Shown: positions 30,563-45,121 of the stretch, piece by piece
Layout: each line of letters starts with the position of its first letter
Position numbering within the stretch: the stretch's first letter is position 1
Assembly: GCA_002189035.1 (NCBI GenBank)
Contig: NEEC01000012.1
Coordinates: 2,976,001-3,040,000, forward strand
Reading direction: 5' to 3'
Origin: Utricularia gibba
Taxonomy: Eukaryota; Plantae; Magnoliophyta
DNA length: 64,000 nt
Made by a program: the position numbers and the translations under genes
The notes under the pieces: model-generated
What the model saw: the letters and a program-made list of their open reading frames with translations, nothing else
Database searches by the model: none
What the model was told of the DNA's origin: nothing

Positions 30563-33337
30563 TCACCTACCATATAAGTTGGCTGGAGATGGAATGCCCT
30601 TACCACTGGTAACGTCATCATCCACTTCGTGCCCAGCCACACATAGACCATTGTTAAAACTCACCTCAGAACTTGCATTACTACTAGTTGCCAGCGGAGA
30701 ATCTAAGACATTGCCCCCTTTTCTTGATTGTCCCAGTCTTATACTACTATATGCTGATGGAACATGTGGCATTAGCGGTCTTGTGTTTCCTGGAATAGTC
30801 CGCCTTATATCCTGCATAATACAATTCACACGAAAAGGAAAACTTAGGATACATTCCAAATGATTCTGAGATTGGCTGCAGAGAAAGCACTTTGGAAGGA
30901 CTATTAGAGTTTCTGCATTTGCAGCAGAAAGAAAATTTAAACCAATGAAATAACATGCAGAAAAAGAAAATCTCCAGCAAGATGATGAATACTGCATTCA
31001 CTGAAAAATACTAGAAGCTTACCATATGCCTTATGGCCATATCAAGAGACTTCTTTGAGAGCATTCTTCCAAAACCTGTACTGTCTGGAGATGATGACTT
31101 TCCAGATAAGTTACTGTGGGTGAGTGCCTATCTTGCTTTGGCGGTGCTAACTTCCTCATATTTATCATCCTTTCAACCATTCTAGTTCCAGTAAGGACAG
31201 GGCTCACGTTATCATTTGCCTTGGCTTGTAATCGCTTCATGGCAGGAACAGGCACAGAGGTTCCACTGCTATGAATAACACCATTAGGGGGCGACCTCTG
31301 GCTGGAGAACATGATTGCCTTCTTACTCTTCCATTTGAGACTGGTTCAATAGATGAGGATCGAGAACTTGGCACCCTGGTCTACCTCTGTTGGCTGAAGA
31401 TGGCCTGTCAGTCAATGATGTCTTTAGGTTTGGTGGAGCATCAAGAGAAAACCCAGGCATCTCCGATGGTTTCCATGGTCTGGGTCTTACGGCTGGTGAC
31501 TTGGACCGTGCTTGCACTGAATTTTTCACTTGAGAGGGAGGTTGTTCAACTGAACTGGAAGCTGGAAACCTGACACCAGGCGTGCTTGCCGAATTGGACC
31601 CTGCAGCAACAGAGCGAGGGGAGTTGAAGACCTAGGAATAGATTTTGGAGCAGGTATTGAGGATCTTGTTGGAGTTGAGGATCTAATTGGTGTCCTTGAT
31701 GTAGGAGTAGAAGATCTTGGAGGAATATTGGACTTTGAGGAAGACATTGTTGGCCTAGGAGTTGGTGTTACAGATCTTGCGGGTTTTGATATGGTGGTTG
31801 ATGTTGATTTAGATGTACTCAAGGAAGGTCTTGTTATTGCTGGAAAAGCAGGCTTGTTTGACGTTGAAGACAAGGTTGGTCTAGGAATGGAGCTCATGGT
31901 CGCCTGCCCAGTGGGCGTAGCAGGCCTTGACCCAGGACCCCCAGCTGAAGATGGCCTTCGAAGTCCTCCACTTGAAGTATTCAAACCAGGGGATGAGCTA
32001 AGAGTTCTAGATAAAGAATTAATTCTTCCTGCAAGCTGAGGCTGCGGATTGACTAGCTTAGTTGATGCAGTGATTAAAAAAAAATCTATATTCAAGTAAA
32101 CTAACATTCCAAGAATTTATCAATCATTCAACTCAAATGCCACAACCCAAAACCATAAGCATTTACTGGAATCTCAAGTCTGCATGAAAACCATTTTTCA
32201 ACTAGAATATACAGATAAACAAATAAGCACAGTGGGCTTTTAGAAAAACTAAATTTTGTGGACACACCTTGGACCTCTGAGATACCGAATGGGTTTTTGG
32301 AGTCCCCAGATGGCTCATTATAGTTTTCTGTGGTTCTACTTCTAAAGAAGGAAACAAAGGGGTTCCAGGTGGTGTAAGAAGCCTGTAAGCATGCCCATAT
32401 ATCAAAAACACTAGAAAGAAAACATGCAATGCTCTGACAAAACCCAAAAGGAAGCTACAGCCAAGTCAAAAGGACATCCCAGAAGAGACTAAAAATATCA
32501 GGTAATTTCAATTCATGTCCTGTGTCATTTGATATATAAAATCACATATAGCTTAAAACCAACAAATATGAGAAATCACAGATGCACTATGTCCAAACAA
32601 ACATGTTATGCTCCCATGAGAAACCAAGGCTTCAAAGAGGTAGATTATACACCATTTAATTACACCTTGCAAAGATATGCTGCTTCTGATAACACTAGAA
32701 TAACGATAGCTCTATTTCCGCTTTGAAGTAGCTCTAACCATGTTATAACTCAAGCCAAGGAAATGGAAAATATATGTCCTTAATGCACTTACCAATCATA
32801 GTCATTCTTATCATTGTCAGAATTGAAAAAATCTCCAGCTCCAGTCTTCTGGACTGGAGTAAGTGCACCAGCGGCCAGATTGAATATAGGGGAGCTGCCT
32901 GCTTTTGGTCCTAAAACAAGGAAACGCAATCGAATTTGAGGAGTAAGATCACACCAATACATATCCACAGCAGCCAAGATATAAATACTAGTATATAAAA
33001 GAAGAAAATAATCTATGAATGGAAAATATGCCTCCATGGTTTTCGAATTATCACATCAGCTTACTAGCCTGAAATCTATATACAAAAAATAAAGCATCCA
33101 AAGGACACAGAAAATCTTCAAGCGCATCAACACATCGCGAGAAACCCTAACCCAAAGTAAATAGAAAATTATACCAGCTGGAGCATCAAACTCTTCAGGG
33201 TTGTGGAGTAGGAGATTGTTCCGTTCCTTCTCGCATTTCCGCATTTCTCGAAACAAAGCCAAGTCATCATCTTTACTTTCCGTAAATCTGAGACCGCTGA
33301 TTCTCTCCCTCTCCGACACTCTCAAACTCCGATTCAT
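30563..33337 (-). CDS. BASIC PROLINE-RICH PROTEIN (BPP)-like microtubule-associated protein; four apparent single-base frameshifts at 31118-31621
   Basis: KDDDLALFREMRKCEKE, DFFNSDNDKNDYDWLLTPPGTPLFPSLE, RRPSSAGGPGSRPATPT, RPRPWKPSEMPGFSLDAPPNLKTSL.DRP, RRQSCSPARGR, KMVERxxNMRKLAPP-like motif, SKKSLDMAIRHMDIRR. Confidence 0.85.
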
Positions 33338-34584
33338 CCCAAATATAAAACAACAACCAGAAAACTAAGATAACAAACCCTAATTTACCACCCACAGCCA
33401 ACTCGAAAACCTAGCTTCACATCATCTACAGATGCCGCCAGAGTATTTATCAAAGATCGAGCATGCCGCTGCTGCCTACAGTATTCCCAATAAGAAAGCT
33501 CAAGCCATGGGTCCCCACTTCAAACTATTCAACACCCGTACCTCTCTTCCATCCAAAAAACTGAAAATGGAAAATGTGCAGCGCTAATCCGAGTCTACAT
33601 ACAGAAAAAGTTCTTGAACAAGAGGACTGAAACAGATCTGCGATCACACCTACGCGATCAAGGTCTTTCACCGACTATTCCTTCCCCACTACACCCAATG
33701 GCACCATAACTGAAGCAGAAAATGATGTACGGAGGGAGAAGGGGGGAGATCCAGAGATGTCTTACACGCGATGCCTCTCTCTCTACTCCAAGCTAAGCGG
33801 ATTCCTGATCTCGATATTGAAAATTTAGGGGAATTTTTTAAATTCCGCGAATTCTGCTATTATGCGCCAAACTCTCTGTAATTTGAATTACATAGTTTAA
33901 TTAATTATATATTTGAATGATTTATTTCTAAATAATATATAATTATAATGTAATTTATTAACAGTTCTTTAGCTGCAATCTCATGCCCCATATGTTCGTT
34001 CATGTTAGGAAACGCGAAAAACAAACCCTTGAAAGCCGAAGCCATTTTCATTGAGTGAAAAGGAAACATACCAGGATCTCGGAAATCAGGCGCGGCAAAT
34101 GGAATCGTCTGAGAAGCAGATTTGGAGAATGGAAGCGCGGCCATCTCCATAAGCGCCGGGAGAATTTAGAGCGATCTTCACTTAGTAGAAATCGCCGGTG
34201 ACATCTCCGGGCAACTGGCGATTTGGCTTGAGAACGGAATTCACAACGGCATCCATTGATGAAATAAGATGCTTTTCTCAATCGCCACCGTGCCGGCCGG
34301 AAATCAAATTGCGCTTCGAGGAGTACGTAGGAATCGGGAACGTCAACTCCAAATGGACGCGGAGAATTTTCGAGGGCGATTCTTGTTGAAATCATCCATG
34401 GCCATGCTGCTTTTTACATGAACGCTTTTTGTATGATAATAATTATAAAAATAATACTATTTTTCCATTTCTTGAAAATTGATAATAATGGATTTTTTTT
34501 TCTCTCTTTTTCCCCATTTAGTTTTAACACATCCATACCCGACGTTCCATCCCCACCTGCCCCAAAAAATATCTTTCTCTGAAA

Positions 34585-35074
34585 ATGGCCGCGACTTCGT
34601 CTCTGAATCCAAACGCTCCGATCTACGTCCCCTCGGCGTACCTGGCGGTGGACGACTTCTCCGACGAGTGGTGGGAACTCATCCACACCTCTCCATGGTT
34701 CCGTGACTACTGGCTCCGCGAGTGCTTCTACGATTTCCAGGCTATCGATTCACCTTCTCCCCTTTCCCCGGATAGCACCACCGGTAAGCGACTACACACC
34801 AGATCTACACCGATCTGTGTTATTTGAGCCTGGATCTGTAATTGATTCGATTTTTTTCCGGTAATCCGTTTGAATGACCTCGATCTCGATGGATGCAGAT
34901 GTAGCCGGTGTAGATCTCAAAAAAGGTGAGGCGGTAACAGATCTGGCGACATTGGGATGGCTCAAGTGGAAAAAGACGGGGAGAATTGCGACGGACGTCC
35001 CGAGGTACTTTGAGAAGGCGCCGAAGATCGTGAACGTCAAGCCCAGCCCCAGGCCCATCCAGCAGCCTCGCTAG
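34585..35074 (+). CDS. ERD15/CID-like PAM2-motif (PABP-interacting) protein, 2 exons
   Basis: PAM2 [36 protein letters not shown]-terminal [24 protein letters not shown]. Exons 34585-34783 and 34899-35074 give 125 codons. Confidence 0.88.
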
Positions 35075-36281
35075 AGCCAACGACTCAAAAGTCCTTCCCG
35101 CAAGGCGTTTGCTCGTTTGTTCCCTTGCTTGCACCCTCTTCAATTTCCACCCTGTAAATCTGTACGCAAATCATCCCATGTAATCATGTGTTGTAACCTC
35201 CGTGTGTGCTCCCAGAACCCTCATCCGTGTAGCTTGTAATTTGACCCGCAAAACTTCGTCCTGCTTGTTCTCTTGAAACCGTTCCATATCCGGATTCTTG
35301 AATCGTGACAAAAAAAAAAAAAGAAAAACCACCCAATTTAATAATATTAAAATACTAATAATAATTATTTAAATTAACCTCTTAAATATTCGATCAACTT
35401 GTCTTGAATATCAATTAATCCAACGTGTGATAATTAGAGGATAATTAGGTCTGTTTTTCACACGTGGAGTTGTAGGTGCTGCTCATGTTGGGCCATCACA
35501 TAATCATCATCTTAATAACCTCTTGATGTGAAGTGACGCCGGTGATGCACGTTGGATCTCATGAATGATGCCGTGAATTGAATTTGATCACCGGAAGCCG
35601 ATCACAACACCGGCGGCGAACATTACAGTGTGAAAGAGTTGATCGGAAAGTGAGTGAATTTCCAGGGATTAGTATACAATCAAGTCGTTTTCTTTCTATT
35701 TGATGTCTTTTTCCTGTCCTTTCTTCTCTGCGCCTGCGTTGGGAGGGACCATGTGAGCCAACAGTGGAGGAAGAGAAGGGGGATTGGCCTGGCCCATTGG
35801 GGGAGATGACAGATTGGTTGACAGGGAAACAGTGACTTCCCAATGCAGATTACATGGGCGGGCTCCTCTCCTCATTCTCTTCTTCGCTTGATCATCAGCG
35901 TTGGAAATAAAATGGCAGACCTTTCGTTCCCTAGGCTGCGTAAAAGTCATGGATCCATGCATGGATCGCGCACTGATTCTCAACTAACCTCGTCTGAAAA
36001 GGGACTATCCGTCTGCTCTTCCATGTTTCCAGCTTCGAATGAAAGGGATCTGCTACCTGCTAATCCCCTTGTTTATGGGCATTTAAGATCTCAACTGTGC
36101 AATCTGACCAGAGCCTTGGGTTTGACATGTTTGTGTAGTCGACTTTGTTTAGGTTCGGTGGTCAGTTAGGTAACCTGCTGCGTGAACCACCGCCTTGCTG
36201 GTTCGTCTCTGTCTCCTCTATATATGCACCGGTACTTTCATTCCATTTTTTAATCACAGTACTCTCTGTCTTGGGTCAACA

Positions 36282-37534
<1,253 letters not shown>

Positions 37535-38650
37535 TGAGCATGCATGCATGCATGTCATGTCTATGCCTTTAAATTATTTTGAATATAAAAATTTTTAAAA
37601 TTTTAATTTTCTATATTGTTTTTATGATTTAAAAAAACGAAATGAACTTTTGGGGTGGGAGCCATGTTTGGTATGTAGTCACTAAAACGCGGAATGTATT
37701 AGAAAAATGACTTTCTGTAAAAAAATGTGATAAAAATGGGCATCTTATATATGATTTATTTGTCTTATTATGTGATAAAGTAACAATGAACACTTTTCAA
37801 AATAAGACGGAAAACTCATCATTATACATGTATTAAATAAATGATAAAATGTGTTTGGTTGATGTTATGAATTTATGATCTATAATTAATAAAAATATGT
37901 AATATCCAAAAAACTCTTTTTTATAAGCAATATTTAATAAAATCACATAATTTAAATACATGTTGTTTTTTTGTTTTTTAATTTAACAAAATTCTCTGAG
38001 CAAGGGGTCTTTGGGACATTTATAAAAGTTGCAATAGTACTTTTATTCATTACATATTATGATTTATTTTCTTACATAATTAAAAGAGGATGATCAATTT
38101 TTTAAACATACGATTATTTATTTTTTTACATAATTAAAAGAGGGTGATCAATTTTCTAATACAAATCTCTCACAATTCTAAATCTTGTCAATGGGCTGCC
38201 GATTTTCCATATGGATACACCGTCGACCCTTATGATCATCATCTTTTGTCTCTCAAGTTTGGATCTTGACTGAAATTCGGGGCTCCGGGGAGCTGCGACG
38301 GACGGATCTAGTCTTTTTTGAGCAGGACGGCGAGTGTAGACAGACCTCTTCTGCATCGGGATTTGGGCCCCGACTCACCTATTCTGAGAGACTTGGGTTG
38401 GGTGCATTTTCTGATGGGAATCACAGGCTGTACAGGTCAGGTTTGACATCGAAACCCCACGTTCACATTGCAGACTGGACACATGATGTGAATTGAAAGC
38501 CCCCCAATCTGCGCGAGGTATGATAATGCAGAGATCAGAGCTGGCGGGTGGGTTTGGTGATCGGCGATGGATGTGGACTGGCGGAATGAAGGGGCGGGTG
38601 TATTCATCAAACTAAGTTGAAATCTTGGTGTCTGCGGGTAGAACAGATTA

Positions 38651-39163
38651 TTAAAAGATTTTCCTGAAGAACTTCATCCCTGGTGTTGGCCGGAAGCACA
38701 ATGCGGACGACCAGGAATCGCAGTCGCCGGCGGGGGTCTTAGATCTTGCTGTCGAGTTGGTGGCCGGCGTGGACGGAAGGGAGTAGGAGTAGGAGGAGGG
38801 CGATGATGAGGACGACCAAGTGGGTGACCCCGTAGCCATTATCTTCTTGATCGGAAGAAGGGAGCTCAAGATCTTGAAGCTCTTCTTGCTCCCTGTTCCC
38901 GATTGGTTCCCGTGACCTCTCAGTTGATAAGACGGCGGTGGCGTCAAGGGCCGCTGGGGGGTTTCACTCAGGGGGTGCTTCGGAGTACCCGGCCGAGTTT
39001 CCCATCGGAACGGCACCGCCCCGCCGCCGCCGCTGCCGTAGTACGCTTGCCGGAAAGATGACTCCGCCGTGGAGAGCGATCGCCTACGAGACGATAACCG
39101 GGAGAACGGTAGGTGGTTGTTGCTCTCTTCCAGAGGAAAATCCAGCCCAGTTTTTGCCCCCAT
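38651..39163 (-). CDS. Uncharacterised plant protein with VPFxWExxPGTPK and LTPPPS motifs, intronless
   Basis: SSFRQAYYG...GAVPFRWETRPGTPKH...RPLTPPPSY, a motif set shared by a family of small uncharacterised plant proteins; Ser-rich tail. Confidence 0.75.
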   Translation of the reverse strand: MGAKTGLDFPLEESNNHLPFSRLSSRRRSLSTAESSFRQAYYGSGGGGAVPFRWETRPGTPKHPLSETPQRPLTPPPSYQLRGHGNQSGTGSKKSFKILSSLLPIKKIMATGSPTWSSSSSPSSYSYSLPSTPATNSTARSKTPAGDCDSWSSALCFRPTPGMKFFRKIF

Positions 39164-40387
39164 GAGCGAGTGGTGAAGAACAGACGAGAAAAAAAAATAC
39201 AAGATTCAAAGGAATGGGATTGAGGATGGGAACTGCGCTAATTATCCCATCCCACATCGGATTTCAAATTAAAATACATCGTTATATTTCGTATAAATCA
39301 AGGTTTCATCAAGCAACGTGGGCGGCCCGTGGCGAAGCGTTTGGTGGTGCTGTTGCCATACTGTCGTCAGATCATTTGGAAGCGTAGTGGCGGTTGGGGG
39401 TTGGGGCACAATAAATCTGGTTGCATTTTAATGCATCGGATTCTATTCATTATAAACGAAAGAAAACCCAATTTTGCCATCGGTAGTGGGTCCTTGTGAC
39501 GTTTGGCATCTTCTAGGGCGTGAGTGACTCCGACTCCGTGTGATGCTCTCCGAGTTGTGTGTCGGTGGGGGAATGAATGCATCGCATCACACCCCACGAT
39601 ACAAATAAGACACGCCACGAACGCCATGCGTTATGGCAGCCGGGGACCAAAACAGATTTCCAAGCCCGCATTTAACACCACCCTTTCTCCAAAAAATTAA
39701 TAATAATTTTATTTTTAAAACGTTTATTTTTTTGTCGAAAAGATAAACCATTCCAAAAGAGTCTTTTTGGGCACTCCACATGGGGCCATAAAATTCTATG
39801 CCTCGGCCCCCGGAAACGCATCCACAGCCACCAGTCTCGCTCACGAGCACTAAAAAAAAGGAGGCAGCAAGCTTTTTCACTCATTGATTTACCGCTGCCG
39901 CATGCTCTCGCCTGAAAGAGAAAATGAAGGAAATGGTTAAAAACTAACACAACACCCAGAGCAGCCAGAGGGAATCCCATGGGATGATTCCCTTCTCAGC
40001 CCCACCCCCCAATCACGGGTAAAAGCCCTCCATCAATTCATTCATTATTGTTTTTAAAGTTATGTTTTTACTAGAAATTTTTATAAAATCAGTTTTTTTA
40101 TCAAACATGGTTTGTGTTTTTTAAAAAAACTCGCAAATATGACAATGTTTTGTTTGGAATGGAGGTAAAAAAGTGACTTGTTTTGCTGGGAACGAAGTAA
40201 AAAAAATGAGAGAAAGAAAGAGACATAGAGCCCTTACGTTGTTGTTGCTGCTCTCCTTTTACCTTAGAGGGAACCGGGGTAAAGTCCCCCTTGTTGAACT
40301 CTCCTTGCCGACACAAGACATCAATCATGATGATCCATCCCCTTGAGCTGCTTTGTTGTGCATTATATTCTGCACCCCTCTTACTGC

Positions 40388-41533
40388 ATGTCAGGAACCA
40401 AGAGGAGGATGGTGAGTTCCAAGGCGGAGGTCGACACTTCACCGCCATTCCCGTCCGTCAAGGCGGCGGTCGATCATTTCGGTGGAGGCGGCTCCTGGAT
40501 CCCCCGGCATCTCCGAGCGCCTGCTGATGATGCCCATGTTGGTATTCTTCCTTTGTCTTGTTTTGTGTCTTCTTTCAGCACGGTAGAGAGTTATGGGGTT
40601 GTGGGTGGATGGCAGCCGCAGGAGGAAGATGATAAGATGGAGGAGCAGGCGGTGGAGCTGGGGAAGGAGATAGCGAGGCAGCAGCAGCAAGCTCTGAGCA
40701 TCTACAAGGAGCTGGAGAACGCCAGGTGTTTAGTTGAGTCCCTGAAACTGAGCCTCCGTCTGTCCCGAGGGTTTTCATTGAGCCAAGCGCAGATGAACTT
40801 CCACAGAACTTCACTGCATCTGGCTCAGCTCCGTGCTTATGCTGAAAACAAGCTCAGGTATAAAAATGAAGGCAACACCTCAGGGCCGAAGAATCAGGTG
40901 ATCAATGAAGCCGAGCAGTTCACCAGCTTGCTACAGGCTTCCAGGTACGAGGTTCTCATGGCGATGTCGGAGATTGAGAGAACCAGGAACAGCATAAAAA
41001 TGGCGGAGATGAGGCTGAATGCAGCAAGGAAGATGGAGGAAGCTGCCCAAGCACTGGAAGCAATTGCCCTTATGGAAGAAGACCAGTTGAGTGCATCTCA
41101 AGGAATGACCATTTCATATGAAGAGTACACGCTCCTCGCCCAAAAAGCAAAACAAGCTGAAGGACTGTCAGAGTTCGGGGAAACCATCAACCGACAGAGT
41201 CCTGGGGATGAAGAAAGCATCTCAAACAAATTCAAAACCTGTAGTGTCCACAAGAGCACATCTGTTGCCAACTCCCCGGAGGGTGCCAGCCGGGGATTCA
41301 TTGTACAGGATGACATTAATATGGGAGCAAGTGTGGAAAAAGAATCTACCGGAGGACATGCCACTTTGAGCCAAATGTTGAGTGACAGGAGTGAAGTAAT
41401 TCTGCACCCTAGTAGCGAACCAACAGGGGATGAAAATTTGAAGAAGCAGCACTGCTTTATGCAGAGAAAGAAGTTTGGTTTCTTTCAAATTCCACTGCTC
41501 ACCCGGAAGAAAACTTCTAAAAATGTGAGGTGA
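40388..41533 (+). CDS. WEB family (DUF827) coiled-coil protein
   Basis: AEVDTSPPFPSVKAAVDHFGG N-terminal signature, coiled-coil AEMRLNAARKMEEAAQALEAIAL, ISYEEYTLLAQKA, C-terminal TLSQML; probable in-frame intron at about 40538-40621. Confidence 0.85.
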   Translation: MSGTKRRMVSSKAEVDTSPPFPSVKAAVDHFGGGGSWIPRHLRAPADDAHVGILPLSCFVSSFSTVESYGVVGGWQPQEEDDKMEEQAVELGKEIARQQQQALSIYKELENARCLVESLKLSLRLSRGFSLSQAQMNFHRTSLHLAQLRAYAENKLRYKNEGNTSGPKNQVINEAEQFTSLLQASRYEVLMAMSEIERTRNSIKMAEMRLNAARKMEEAAQALEAIALMEEDQLSASQGMTISYEEYTLLAQKAKQAEGLSEFGETINRQSPGDEESISNKFKTCSVHKSTSVANSPEGASRGFIVQDDINMGASVEKESTGGHATLSQMLSDRSEVILHPSSEPTGDENLKKQHCFMQRKKFGFFQIPLLTRKKTSKNVR

Positions 41534-41810
41534 ATCCGCTCTCATCCACAATGATGAATGTTATAAGTACATAATTTTGATCCCATGTGACTTTTCAAGT
41601 GCGCACTGGTTCCTCTGCGTTCTATTCAGTCATCTGACGTTTCAGTGACTTCCCAAAAATGAAAAGAAGAGAGCAGCATCAGCAGATGATTGCAATGGTG
41701 ATCTCCCGATTTGTGGGCACAACTGAATATTATTAAAAATACTTCTCTACAATCTATTCGTACACGAACCTACAAAAAAGGTAGCAACATGAACATATCA
41801 TATATAATGA

Positions 41811-44800
41811 CTAGTTTCGGTTTTTTGACAACCTCTCTGACACTGAAATTCCAGTATAGTGGCGCCCTAAGTGGAATGCAACAACTATCCACACAAAACA
41901 GACCTGGAGAAAAGGAAAAAGCAATCAGGTTTTGATCCAATGTGTCTTTGCAAATGCAAATTTCGAAGTGATTTTCATGACGGATGGATAGTTTAGGAGC
42001 AACGAATTTGACACTTACAGGCATTGCATATAGAGATATGATCGACGTGTTCCCCTTTGGGGTGGTGAAAAATAGCTTGTAAATAGCAGCCGATGTGGCA
42101 TCCCCAAGCCTTTGAACAATTACATCTATGCAGACCTGAAAAGGGATAGTTATGTTGATAATGGATAAGCCAACATATGAGGACACGGACATGATAAATC
42201 ATGAAACTTCAAAAAAAGCACCTTTGCTTTGTACTTTTCATCTTGTGAGACAACAGTGAAAAGAATTTCCCTTGCAGGCCTTGTAACTACATACATTACC
42301 ACCTGAAAGAGTCAGGGGAAAAAAAGTTGGTAAGGATTCCTAAATTTGTGTAACCATGGCTGAAATATAGAACTTGGAGAATTCACCTTCCGAAGAGTTT
42401 CAGAAACAGCAACTGCAATCCATGAGGGCCAAAGAGCCAACGCAATTAAATTTACGAACCCGACTGATGGGGTCGAACAAATAGCAGCTGTTACCCCAAC
42501 TGTTGTAAGAACACGCCCCTGTGGACAATATGATGGCATATAATCCACGGACATGATTTGACTAAGAAAACTAACAAGGACTTATACATATTCTGGTGTA
42601 GGATAAAATTTTCAATAAAATGGGAATGCAGTAAGGAATAAGCATCTGAATATTGACTTTTGAGATCCTTAAACTAACAAAAGGACACAGCAATCCTTCT
42701 TCATTTTGGAATCATTTAGACATGCAGGTTATTCTTTCATGACTACAGATTCTAATAACAGCCACACGGAAGGATACTGTTATCCTTCTTCAATTTGAAA
42801 TCATTTGCACTCAGAGGCTGTATGAAATTCGTCATACCGTAATGGTGAGTTGACCACCAAGTATAAAAAACGCAATGAAGCTATTTATTTGAGCAAAAGT
42901 TCTTCTTCTATCAACTGGACTAACAACTGAACTGGCGATGACAGTTACTTTCTGCAAAGGAAGTCATGTATTCTGAATGAAATAAAATTTCCAAAAAATT
43001 GAAGGCATAACAAGAAAAGAAACAAAATGAGTCCAGATGTTGGCGTAGAGTGGAGAGGTCTGGAGGGATACCTGGAAGTAGAAGAAAGAAGATACAACTG
43101 CACTCAACCAAAGAAACAGTGCAACCTTTATCAAGTAACTTGAAGACAATATCAGCCGCAGTCCATCCAGCATAGCCCAGAACTGAGGTTTACTCACAGT
43201 AGTGGATGTTCTTGGGGAAGATGCACTTGTGCCAGCTACATTTTTGTCATTCGTCTCACAATGTTGATTAGGGTCGGATTTTCTACAAACAAAAGAATTC
43301 ATCAAATGCCAAGGATGATCAAAATGTCAAGAAAACAAGAGTAGCCATGTATATAGAAAAATAAATTTCAAGACCTTAGAGGTGAGAGTTCTTCAAGATG
43401 GTTGGGAATCTCCTTCTTGATTCCCTTGGATGTCTGGGCAGCAAACTCCAATAAAAGGGCTGCGACGATAAGCAAATCTATATGCATGAAAATCCAACAG
43501 TCACGAAGCAAGTCAATGGAGAGAAACAAGTGAAAAACCCATCATGTATACATGGGCCAAACCATGCCATCGCTGCGGCAAACAACGAACCACATAGCTG
43601 TCCTAGTGTTGCACCCGCACCAATAAATCCAAACAGTCTCGAGCCTGACTAGATTGGGAAGAGAATGCACTTAAATCAAACTAGTATTTGACAGCAAAAA
43701 GCAACGTCGAGGCTAGCCTACTAATGTTAGATATGTAGCAGTCATAGAACGTTTTGACAACCAAAACAACCTCATTGTCCATCACATCTGTTATTCTCGC
43801 CCATGTTGATGATATAGTTACAAGATTAAGCAGAGCAACCTGCAAACAATCGAAATGAAGCTTTACATGATTGTGCTTTAGCTAGATTTATGCTTCAATC
43901 AAGATTTTAAAAAGAAAAGAAAGAGAAGTTTTACCCAAAGGAAGAAGCCAACTCTAACAACGAAGTAATACAGGCCATAGCTATTTGTGCTGGCTGAATC
44001 AAGTGGAGCTGTCTGAGTGACTGCAACCTTCAGCTCCAATTTTATTGCATTAGCTGGAATAGCTTCCTGCATACCAGAACATCCTTCGAAACAATGGATC
44101 CAAGAGATAATGAAAAAAAAAAAATATAGGGTAATGGAGTGTTGGATACTTTCCTTAGCTTCAGAACGTGAGCTTCCAGGTGAAGAAGAAAGCCATAGAA
44201 CGAAGAAAGTGACAAGAGAGAGGCTGAAAAACCTGTGTATGAAAACCAAAGCCTGGAGCATCATAAAAAACTTCCAGAGTCAGTAACAGGAGGCATCCGA
44301 GAAATTTATTTGACAAGCAGAACAGCTATTTGTGATGAAAAGGATTATCATTCGAGAAACAAGAAACATGAAGATGAATGGCTCGAGGCCGCAATGTTAT
44401 TGTACTTCAGCAATGATGCGCATTTTTTTTTAATGGGCAAGAGCAATCCTGGGGTATGAAAAACGCATTCTCAACAAGCATCCCGTAAAAAGATGAAGGC
44501 TCATAGAGTCATGATAAGACTCTGTTACAAATAGTCTGTAGCGCAAAAATACATTAGCTACAACCAAACATTATAGGGCACTTAACACAAATGAATACGG
44601 GTAAACTCCTGATCAAACAACAAGGATACAGAGGCGATGTATGTAATTCTCCTCATCCATCTCATTATCATCCATATCCAACCATATTCATGAAACCCAC
44701 ATCAAAATTGCCGAAAATCCAAAATTGATGCATGAGATCCCATGAAAGGGGTCGCGAACACGAAAATGTAGAAATGACCTTTTGTTTCGAAAGACTTGGT

Positions 44801-45121
44801 AATGCAAAAACGAGAGTAGAAACAGGCGCCGCAATCAGGGTCAATATCAAAGACCCAACAAAGAGACCGGGAAGATTCTCCAATCCCAATGAAATAGCAC
44901 CTTCGTCCCTCAACGGTAGCACAACGAAATACGCACTCAGAATCTGCAGTAAAACCCTCGTTAATAAAACCCGAAGAAATCCCGTGACTCAAAAAACAAA
45001 CAAAAAAAGAGCTCACAAAGAAGAAGGACGAAGCCGAATGGATCAAACACGACGTCTCATGGGACTGAAGCGTGACGAAAAGCGATACAATCCACTCCAC
45101 GCGAGAATTGTTAGCGATCAT
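41811..45121 (-). CDS. TLC (ATP/ADP transporter-like) MFS membrane protein, multi-exon
   Basis: ILSAYFVVLPLRDEGAISLG, VRVGFFLWVALLNL, SGSRLFGFIGAGATLGQL, SAVVSSFFYFQK, YVVTRPAREILFTVVSQDEKYKAKVCIDVIVQRLGDA. Confidence 0.87.

Noticed and set aside
35952-35967. 16-bp palindrome GATCCATGCATGGATC (RY motif), plus (CATG)4 at 37539-37554
   Set aside because: Short RY/CATG repeats are common in plant DNA; no supporting context.
37560-38160. AT-rich block with a ~54-bp-period duplication, possible MITE
   Set aside because: No matching terminal inverted repeats or TSD found.
41552-41638. ATGATGA...CTGA resembling a C/D box snoRNA
   Set aside because: Lies in the WEB 3' UTR; no terminal stem and no recognisable guide.
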